From Clostridiales bacterium (lineage in GTDB: Bacteria; Bacillota; Clostridia; Christensenellales; UBA1242): a stretch of 64,000 nucleotides of DNA. The notes under the pieces are model-generated. The model saw only the letters and a list, made by a program, of their open reading frames with translations. It was not told the origin of the DNA and made no database searches. Location: the NCBI GenBank assembly GCA_015055515.1, contig SVIC01000005.1, forward strand, positions 20,550-84,549. The letters are read 5' to 3'. Of this stretch, positions 1-12,000 are shown piece after piece (within the stretch, counting starts at the first letter, position 1; each line of letters begins with the position of its first letter). A program made the position numbers and the translations under genes.

Positions 1-1
1 C

Positions 2-3000
2 TCGTTCTATCAGAGACAAGATACTACATACACAGGAACATTCGAAGATTGTTATTATCTAGTAGATATTAGAAAGACTCAGTCTGCGATCAATGATCCT
101 GCTGCTCCTATAGAGGTAATATCTGGTGGCACAACTAGTACATTTGTAGATGCGAGATCATTTGTTAATTTCACATTTAGTGATGGAAATAGCGATGATG
201 ATAGTTCTGTATGGTACATGTCACCAAATGGACCAAGACTAATCAATACAATGACCTATACATTCTCACATAGAATATTAGAGGGTGTGTCAGAGAAGAC
301 TAGTGATGATATAGAGCCAGGACACTATACATTTATGGATTATGCAACCATTGTTATCTCAGATGAAGATGGCAAGTATGTACAACGTAAGATTTATATA
401 GCAGACAATGGGGATATGACTGATGATCTTGGTAGAGAGGTAAAAATAGATGAAAATGGTAAATTATCTATTGTAATAGATGCTAATACATCAATTAATA
501 CTAATATATCTTATGAGCAATTCAATGCATTGAATAGATATTCAGCACTAGTATATATCTCTACAGATGGTGATCATGTGTTAGATTTACTTAATATAGA
601 TGCATCTGAATACTTAAGATATACATTTAGTTACACTTACGCAGAAGGATATCAGTATGGATCTAAGATCAATCCATTACTTGTAGATACGGCTGATAGA
701 TTTGTTAACTATATCACTAATTATGCTAAGAGCGAGGATATAACCGATCCATTAGATCCATTAGGTGCAACTGTAAGTGCAAAAGTATTTGGTGGAGAGA
801 ACAAATATATTAGACAAATATCTCATCTGGAATTCGACAGCAGTGATACTAATGTAAATATATTACAAGAGAAGAAAAATGGTATATATCTAAAAGATGT
901 AATCTTCAATGGTGTGTACGATGGAAATAGTCTAAATATTAGCAACTTGAACTTGACAGAAGATGCAGAGACTAAGTTCCATGGATTGTTCAACCAAATG
1001 GGATTAATTGGTGCTACTTCTACTGCAGTAATGAAGAATGTATTTGTGACAACCAGAGAGTACTCTACTACTACTTCTGTGTCAAATGGAATACTTGCTG
1101 GTATTATGTATAATACAGCTATATTGAATGCAAATATTAGCACTCAGTTAAACGATAACAATGTAGTTAATGCTTCTAAGTTTGCTGGTGGTGTAGCAGG
1201 TATTATAGTAGATGGTAAGTTAGTGGATGTGACAGTATCTAATATAAGAGTTATGACAACTATAGAAGATATTATTGTTCCTACTAGTCTTATAAATACT
1301 AACGGGGATTATATGACTTGGACTGTTGCAAATGATGGCGGTACAAGTAATACTCCATCTTCATTTACATTAATTGAATTGGATTATAACAATAATATTG
1401 CTGCAGAGTTGGCTAGCATACTTGCTTCACAGAAGAGTTATTCTTATGCAGGAGCGGTTGCTGGTGTAGTAATCAATTCGGAAGTAAATAATTATACCGA
1501 TATATCTGAAATAAGGTCGGTTAATGACAAAGTAGACCACAGAGGCATAACAGTAGAAGGTGATATCATGATATCGGCCTATAATGCTGGTGGTGTATTC
1601 GGTTATGTGTCAGAGGGTACATATATATACGATGCAGAATTAATTGTACGTAATAATCCTATTGACAACAGTAATACGAATGAAATTCCTAGTTACTCGC
1701 AAATGATTAAGGGAACTAACTTCGTTGGAGGTATAGTTGCCGATAACCGTGGAATATTGAATAGGGCTCAGGTTAATTATCCTATCGCTGATCAGGATGT
1801 GATCGATAGAGCTATATATACTCATAATTCAGGTGGTGCGACAACTAATAAGACCGATACTATATTCTCTACTAATCAAGCAAACGATGGCATGGTGGTA
1901 TCTGTAGGTGGTATTGCTGGTTATAACAGGGGCGGATACATTATAGATAGCTATAATAAGGTAAATGTAACTAATGATAATGCATTAATTGCAGGAGGAA
2001 TTCTTGGTTATGCAGATGATGATACATTTATTAGTTATACATATACAACTGCTAATGTTATCGCTTCAGAGATTATTGGTGGCATTATAGGTTATGCGAG
2101 TGTAGAGAAGACTAATAGTATCACACTAGACAAAGTAATAGCGGTTAATTTATGGGATGATACGGTAAGCAAGATTAAGCTTGATACATTAAAGAAATCG
2201 GGCAAGTTCGGTACAGATAATATAATTATTAGATTACCGGAATTGGGTAATCAACCTATTAAGGATGCTTATGGTGTAACAAATTTGGTAGATGGTGTTG
2301 CTTATAATATACCGTTATCTGATGTTAATGCAAAATTGGATACTTATATAGGTACAGTCATCGGTTTTGCTGGTGTAAGTAGTAAATATGTAGATTATCC
2401 TACTATATTGAATACTAATAAGTATTATATAAACACTAATAAAGTATTTAATATATCTAATGTAATCAGTGCCACATATTCGTTGCTTAATATCAATAAT
2501 GATGTAATGTCATATGATGCGCATTATAATATTGCACATAGAGATTTGTATAAATCTGGTTTGCCAAGATATGATGTATCACAATTCTTTATCGAAGAGG
2601 CAGATCAAGAAAAAGCAACTCATGTATTTGTAGGTGAATATGTAGAGAAGGCCAATAAGCCAGCGAACTACTCTGGTAAATATTATTTACTACAAGCACC
2701 AGAGGGCTATAATATAAATAATGTTTATACAGATTATAATTATGCAGATGATATATTTATGACCAAGGCAAATGATGTAAAAAATACTACTCAGTTGAAT
2801 TTGCAGAACATCTTAGGTACATTCAATAATTTGGGTGAGGCAACCGATGATATTACAGACAAAGAGCAAGCTGAGAATACATCGCAGAACTTATTTGAGA
2901 ATAAATATGTAGAGTATTCGTATGATGGTGCAGGTATAAGAGGTGCTAAAACATGTGAGATAAATGCTGTATTCATTACCAGTACCCAAGATCTTTCCGA

Positions 3001-6000
3001 TCCTGTATGGAAGATGCAGAATAATGGTGTTCTTCCAGAATATGTTATAGGCAGTTATTCTAACTTCGAGATTATAGATTCATCTGCCAAATTAGAGAGT
3101 GCATTGTCTGATAGTAATACAACTAAGACTTATGCATTACTATACAACAAAGTAAATTCGAACAGTCCAATAGAGTACAAAATCTATATTAATGATGAGA
3201 ATTATACTTATAACTATGCTAAGTTCGATAGCGTATTCCGTGGCATACTTGCTGGATACTATTATGATGGCAATGCATTAACTGAAAGCAGTGGAACGAA
3301 TAATATTCCTACAATTAATATATACACTGGTAACTCTAAGGGTATATATTCATTAATTAGCAAGTTGGATTCAGCGATACTTAAGAATATTAACTTCAAT
3401 ATAGTAGTTACAAATGACTCTTCTGATTATATCGATGTATATGGATCGGATGGTGAGTCGTTCGGTTTACTAGCAACATCTATTACTAACTCGGAGATAA
3501 CTAATGTAAATATTACAGTTACTGGTAGTTCTAATAAGGCAATCAATATTAATCTTGTAGATGATGCTATTGGCGAAGGCATGAATAACGTTAAGAACTT
3601 CGGTCTAGTATTTGGTTCATCTATCAATACTACTATGAAGGGTATTTCGGTTAGCTTCGGTACTGATATTAATGTAACTTCCGGTATAGCAACTACAATA
3701 TCTGGAGCAATTGGTTACGCTAGTGGTAATATTATTGAGACAATGTCTGTAAGTGGAGCAAAATTATTTAATATCCAAATAGACAACAATAGAAAAGGCA
3801 ATAATACTGCACTTAATTATGCAACAGTTATTGCGAAGAACTATTACAATAGAATAGATAACTTAAGTAGTGATATAAATACTAAGATAAATTATTATAT
3901 TAATGTTGCTACGACCATTAATACATACGGATTGTATTTCGATGTGTATGGCGGAGGATTATTCGGTTATACATTATCTGGTACACTTGATGGCAGTGAA
4001 TATAAGGCAAGTAGTGCTGTAATAGATCTACCAAGGTCCACATCTAGTAGTCCTAGTAATGCAGTATATTATGGAGGCTTGTCGGGTTATGCTAGTTCAC
4101 ACAAGGTAACAGACACCAATTCTACATTGACTTCTATCACATTTACTGCAGATTATATGCATGCATATGTTGCAGGAATAATTGGTTATGGATTGTCTAT
4201 AGCAATGGGTGATGATAATAACGTAATTACATCCAAGACAGATATTAGTGTAAATCCAAAGGGATCTGGTAACTATTATGTTGCAGGAATAATTGGTTAT
4301 GACAGTGGCTCAATTATTAAGAATACTGTTAATCTGGGCACAATTAATATTGCTGATGATAGAGACAATGAGAGCATAGGTACAGCCAAGGTTTACGCTG
4401 GTGGTATATCAGCTATGGCTATTAATACAGAGTATGACAAGGTAACTTCTTATGCAGATGTTAAGACATTCCAAGCAGATGCCCACACTAGTCTTACTAG
4501 TGACCAAGCTTTGCTGGTTAAGGATGCTATATATTTTGTAGGTGGTATTATCGGTTATGCTAGAAATACCAAGATAAGTGATTTTGCAATGATGGGCGAT
4601 ATCTACTATGTGGTGGATGACGATTCTGCATTGTCAAACTTCTATGGTGGTATTATTGGTTATAGTAGACTTACTTCTATAACACTAAATGGTGGTCAGT
4701 CTTATGCTAGATTCTATGCATCAGATAGATCTCAAGATAAGCGTTATAATACTAATCTATATACTATTGCAGAAGGTTGTACTGCACAGAATACTACGAA
4801 TGTATATTATATCCAAGAATTCTATGCTAAGTACGCCGATCTGTCATATAGCAATAGCGATACATACGTTGATAGTAAGGGCGAGAATGTAAACTTTGCT
4901 CTTTACAATGGTACTCAGGTATTTGCATATCACGATATAGATAGCTTCAATGCCTTAGAGTATGGTAAATTACCAACATTAAACAATCAAGAATATGATA
5001 AAATTACAATAAATAACAATACTGAGGTTGACCTAAAAGACAACTTTGAAGAGTTTTATAACAAGATCAATGCAAAAGTTAATTATATAATTGTAGCAGA
5101 TACGACAACTGAAGTACCACAACCTCAAGAAAATAGTGTATTTGTAGTTAAGCCTAATATAGAAGTTGTATCTACTGGTGACATATTTATGAATACACTT
5201 GGTCCAGACGGAATTATTTCTGGCGTTAAGTTTAATGCATCAGAGGTTAATTGTATTACATCTGCTGATCGTAAGATAACTGGTTACATTCCATTTATGC
5301 ATACTAATAATGGTAGAATATTTAATTCTATTGCATATGGTGAGGTAGAACATGACTTCATAGCAAGTAGCGATAAGAAAGTGCAGATTAGCAGCTTTGT
5401 ATACAACAATAACGGTGATATTGTTCGTAGTGGATCAGTTATTACATATACAGGCAAGTTCGAATTTAATAACATACATACAGAGAAAGATGGTAAATTG
5501 GAGTCTATTACATCAAACTTAAATTTCTCAGGATTTGTATACAATAACAATGGTAGGATTGCAGATTGTTATTCTACTGCAAATATTGATCATATCAATA
5601 AGAACGAAGCTAAGAGAGATGATAATTTTGTAGTAAAAGGTGCTGGTAATACAGCATTGACAACATTTACTACATCTCGGATGAATTTCGCAGGATTGGT
5701 ATACAACCAATATACATCCGATCTAAATAAGTCAAATGATAATATTGGTATATCTGGCTCATTCCATTCGGGTAGATTGCATGATTATGAGACTAATCTG
5801 GTTAGATACTATACATTGAATAGTGAAACATCATTGTATTCGAAGGATACATATTCTAACTTCGGTAACAACAATTATGATAATGGTTATGCCGAGGCGT
5901 TGGAAGATGGTGATATGATGCACTTCATTGACAACGATGATACTGCATACAATATCTGGACAAAGTCTGGTAGTAGAGACATTAACTACAATATGTATTA

Positions 6001-9000
6001 TATTAATGATATTGCTATGACAAGAAAGGTAGAAATCAACGAAGTAAGTATTGTTAGAGCAAATAAATCATTATATGTTGCTACAGGAATTAAGGCAAGG
6101 TTTGACAACGTTGCTACATCAAAGCCTTTTGGTAATAACTATACAGCAGATGATTCAGAAATAACCTATGCTACAGATTCTCCAATTACTAATGGTAAAT
6201 ACTATACAGTGTATACTTTAGAGACAAAGTGGAATGATACAAATAGAAAATATAGTTTGTTCCAAGATGAGTCGGATGCAATAATTGTAGAGACTGCCAA
6301 AGATTTTGCAAGATTAATATTAGATTATTCAGCAACTGCTGTGGATAAGAATGTATACGTTCTAGCAGATGAATTGGATATGACAGGCCTTTGTGGTGGT
6401 AGCGGAATTTATTCTGTTGCTCTTGCAAAAGGCATATATGGTATTGGCGGCTCTGGCACAGGTGTTGTTATTAAGAATTTAACTTTGAATTCTCCACTTG
6501 TTCAGATTAATACTGGCGTAATATCTGGATTCGTATTTGATAATATTCAGGTATCAGATAGCAGTTCTGCTATTGTTGCTAAGAATAGCGGTACTATAGA
6601 ATGTATTACTATTAAAAATACAGCATTTACGGGCGAAGGTAAATACATTGGCCTTGTTGCTAGTACCAATGCTGGCACAATTAGTGGAGTATATGTTACA
6701 AATACATCATTGTCAGTGACAGAGAAAAACATTAATGGTGCAGTCGGAGGTCTTGTTGGTTACAACTCTTCAGGTGCAGTATCTTGCATTTATTATGGCA
6801 ATAGATCTGCTTCTAATAATTCTGGTTTGAGTATGTCAGTAACAGCACTTAGATATAACGTAGGTGGTTTAGTAGGTGAGAATGAAGCAACAATAAATCA
6901 TATTGCTATTGTTAACTCAACAATTTCTGCTCCATCTTCGGTATCTGTTGGTGGTGTTATAGGTTGGAATAAAGAATCATTAACAGGAGTAAGTTCAGCA
7001 GGAATATATGCATTAGTAAATAATACAACAATTGCAGGAGAGAACAATACAGGTGGATTTGTTGGTGAAAACGAAGAACAAATAAAAGGTTGTTCTACTA
7101 AGTTATTCTTAGATTCTGTATCTGTGTCTGGTGTATCAAAGGTTGGTGGATTTGCTGGTATTACTTCGGGAAGTATATCTAATTTATACATATATGATAT
7201 TAATGTAAATGCCACAAAAGATAATGTAGGTGGCGCAATAGGTACTACAACAGGTAATACTTCAGTGGAAATTTCGAATATTAACATTTATACATCCAAT
7301 CACGATATCAAGTCTAACAATGTAAATGCAGGTGGCGTAAACGTTGGTGGATTAGTGGGTAACTCCAGTGCATTGATAGAAGATGTCTTTGTTAGTGATA
7401 TCAATGTCAGGTCTACTAGTACATCTAAAAATGTCAATATTGGTGGTGTAGTAGGATACTCAATGGTAAGTATCGGTAACACAAATTCTTATGTAATAGC
7501 ACGTGGTATTTTGGTTAATGCTAGTGGTAATAATGTAGGTGGTATAGTAGGTTATATAACTGGTTGCGATATTGTCAATGCTATTGTTATGGCCAATGTT
7601 GGATCAAAGGCAAATGTACTTAATCAGATCACTTCAGTTCTTGGTGTCAATGTAGGAGGTATAGCAGGATTAGCAAATGATTCGGATATATCCAACTCAG
7701 TTGCAGAGAATATTACTTTATCTGGATATTATAAGGAGAATGAGAACAACGACAATGTATCTAATGTTGGTGGTATTGTAGGTAGTCTTAAGGATGGTAG
7801 TGTGAATAATGTATTAGTTACAGCCACATCTAGTGTGACCAACTCAATTACCACAACCGCAGGTTCTAATGATAATTCTAGATATATTGGCGGATTAGTA
7901 GGTTATCTTGATAATGCAACAAGTGGTACAAATGCAACTAGTGGCTCACTTAAAGATTGTTCTGTAGTTAATACTTATATCAATACTCCAAATAGTGATT
8001 ATGTAGGAGGATTGGTAGGTGGATATAATGGTCCATCATCTGTTACAGAGAATTCATTCAATAAATTCACTGGAATTAAAGAAGAAAATCTTAAGATAGA
8101 TTATTCGGCTACTAATACAACAATAGGTGTCAACATATCTGCTAGAAGTAATGTTGGCGGTGTTATTGGCTCTATTGTAAATGATACCAAGTGTACAATT
8201 ACAATTTCAAATATAACATTAAAAACAATAAACATAAATGCTTCTGGTACCTGTATAGGTGGTATCATTGGTGAGTTAATAAATGATAAGAGTTATATAT
8301 ACAAGGTTTCTATCACTGGTGGCGAAAATGAAGATTCTTATTCTAGAATATCTTCCTCATACAAGGTTTACGCTGGTATGGAATATAAAAATACTGGTGT
8401 GGGGGGTATTGTAGGCTATACTAAATCAACACTAATCCAGGGAGAGAATGCCAATAACGATTATCAAATCTCTGTATCAAATACCATTATAGATTCTGCA
8501 TTAATGTACACAGGCGGAATTGTTGGTCACGCAGTTGGCGGTTTAGCTTCTGGCGTAACAGTTGGCTTATCTGCTTCAGATGTAGAAAAAAAGACAGCTT
8601 TTGTTCTAAAGAATGTAACAATCAAATCATCTACTAGTTACATAGGTGGTGTGGCAGGATTTGTCAAAGGAGATGTAAATGGTACATATTATTCCAAGAA
8701 CGTAACTATCAATTCTACATCGGGATCTAAGAAAGTATCTAAGATAGGTGGATTATTTGGAGAACTCAATGGAACATTCCTAAATGGTAGTAGTGCATCC
8801 ACTTACTATGTGTTCTCTGATACCATAAAGATCACAGTAGACAATGGACAGTATAGTTTTGATGTTGAAAATCCTAGTACAATTACAAGAGGTATAGGTG
8901 GACTTATAGGTGTATTCAAAATGACAGACTCTATGGGCTCTATCGGTGCACAATCTATTAAGTTAGAAGAATTAACAATGGATGCGGCAGGCGAGAATAT

Positions 9001-12000
9001 TGGTGGCGTATATGGGTATATTGAGAAATCAGATAATACTGGAAAGGTTAATCTGACGTCTGGATATTTATATAATAGTACCATCAATGCTAGTGGAAAC
9101 AGTCAATATGTAGGTGGTGTAGCTGGTCATGTTATAGATGTAAATATGGTTAATTCGATTGTTAACTTAATTACAATTAATGTTTCTGGTAATATGGGCC
9201 ACTATGTTGGTGGTATTGTAGGATATACCAATGGCGATATTACATCTGCTAGTGTATCAGATTGGGGCAATGGTGTTAATATAACATCTCCTGGAATATA
9301 CTTAGGTGGTGTAGCTGGAAGATGCGATGGAACTATAAATGGTGCACATATGCTTAGTCCTGTCACTATAGTTTCTACATTCTCGGGCAAGTTTACTGTA
9401 TACAATGGTACACAAGGCGTAGGACAAACAGAAATATATGATGCTTATATAGGTGGTGTGGCTGGTTATGTAAACGCTATTGGAGAAAAAGACATAACAG
9501 TGCAAAATATTAAAATTACAGCTAGCAAAGGCTTAGTTGGTGGCGTAGCTGGTTATGTTGTAGGCGATTACAAAGCTATTACCAATGTGTATGGTGTAAA
9601 ACTATCTACATCAGGACACTCTGTGGGTGGTGTAGTAGGCTATCTTGGCGGAAATATGGTAAATGGCAGTCAAAGTAGCAAATCATCAATTCTTGTAGTT
9701 GGAGTAACAGAGTATGATACCATCTCTGGTGATAGCTATATTGGTGGTGTTGTAGGTGGTGGACAGGCATTAAGGTATTACGATGGTGGAGATTCTCATT
9801 ATATCCACAATAGGAACACTTCTCAGACATTTATGGCTGTATCCAACACTGATATGACATTTATTAATATTTACAAGGTAATGATGGGAGTTGCGACAGA
9901 TCCTACACCAAATGCTATGATTACTAATGAATATACATACAAATTTATGGATAAGTTCGAGGATGTAATTGCAGAAGTTAAATGTAGTGATATGACTGCA
10001 ACCAAATTCCAGACATACCTTAATATGAATGCAAAGTCGGTGCAGTTGGTTGCTAATGATAATAAGGTATATATGTTCGGTCAAGATTATAAATATAATA
10101 CAACTCACTTATATAACATGTATCTAAGCCTTGCCGAGAGATTGGGTGCTGATATTAGTATTAAATTCAAAGATGTAGATGCCAAAGATGGTACTAAATA
10201 TAAAGATGTAATGAAAGATATATCGGATCAAACAATAAAAAGAGATGATATAATATCTGTTACAATAGCAGAGCAATCATCTTTTGGTACTATAAATAGT
10301 GGTGGTACTTCTACATATTATATATCTGTGGATGATATGATTATCACTGGTGCAAATAATTATGTGGGTGGCGTCACAGGCTTTGCTACATCAGATCAGA
10401 TAATAGTAGATAACCAGGGTCACGTTATTAATACCAAGGTTACTGGTAAGAACTATGTAGGTGGCGTCATAGGTTATGCTAATAATGCTAGTGCTTTAGC
10501 ACAAGGAACAGTAAAATCTATTTCAGTAGAAGGAACGAATTATGTTGGAGGTTTTGTAGGTTACAATAATGGATCAGTCAATGCTTCTCCATATTCAACA
10601 AAGATTGTTGTCACAGGTAATGACTATGTTGGTGGTTTGGTTGGATTGAACAAGACAGTATTAAATGGAACTATGCAGGATAGTTCTATATCTGGCAATA
10701 ATTATGTTGGTGGATTGGCTGGGTATCAGCTAAACAATATAGCTACTAATAACTTAACAGCTGGTATAATTAATTCTACAGTAATAGGAAGGTCAAATGT
10801 AGGAGGAATTGTAGGAAAACTGTATAGTGAGAATCAATCCATCACTATCGGTAGTATGTTTGCAAAATATACAGCAGTTAAAGGATCTTCTAATGTTGGT
10901 GGTCTAATCGGAGAAGCTGATGTGTATCATTTATACAATAGTGAAGGTTACTATGTTGGTGTATATGAGAGTACAGTAAAATCTGAAGAAAATATTACAA
11001 ATGATTATTCAGCTGTAGGTGGAATTATCGGACACGCCAAGATAAACACAAGCGAATCAAATAAAGCAATTTTCATAAAGCATGCAGATGTTGTAAAAAC
11101 TGCAGTATCTGGAATGTCTGGTGTGGGGGGCATAATTGGAGTAATGGAAGGATATTATGCTATTGAACAAAGTAATATTGTTGGAGATAAACTTGGAGAA
11201 TCTCAGATATTGGGCAACACTGCAGTGGGTGGTGCAATAGGAGTATTACAAGATTCTGCGGGTTGTTCACCTGCGAAGTTATATCACTTAAGTATTATAA
11301 ATGTAATGGATTATGGAATAGGCAATGCGAATACCAATAATGTTGGTGGCGCAATAGGTTATATGAATAGTGATACAAATATGGCTCAGTTACAAGGTTC
11401 ATTTAATATTGTTAATGGTGTCCATACCTCACCAATAGCGCTAGGTTCTGCTGAAATAAATAACAACGCAATAGGTACAGAATATGATAAATATACTTAT
11501 TCATCTTTTGGATCTAATACGAAATTAGCTATCATAGGAAACTCTAACGTAGGTGGAGTTGTAGGAGCAATGGGTAAAATTGTTGAAGAAGATGATATAG
11601 ACGAAGATTTGTCAAACAATACTATTGAGGTAAATAATGCAGGATTTAACATAACAAATATCTCAATCAATGGAACAACCAATGTAGGTGGATTATTTGG
11701 ATCTCTAGATTGTATAGATGTGTCAGAATTGATTATTGATTATAAGACAGAAGGTAAGACAACTAATTTAATGGACGCTGTTAGCATTACTTGTAATGGA
11801 GAGAATGCTGGTGGTATTGCAGGCAAGGTTTCTAATTCGATCTTTAGATCTGGTCACATTAAGACTTATTCTGTAATAGTTAATGCCCAGGGCAATAATG
11901 CTGGTGGCGTTATAGGTGTGTTAGAAAACAGCAGATATTATATAGAGACGGCTGTATTGCCACGTATTAATAGTATTGCCGATAATGTAGGAGGTATTAT

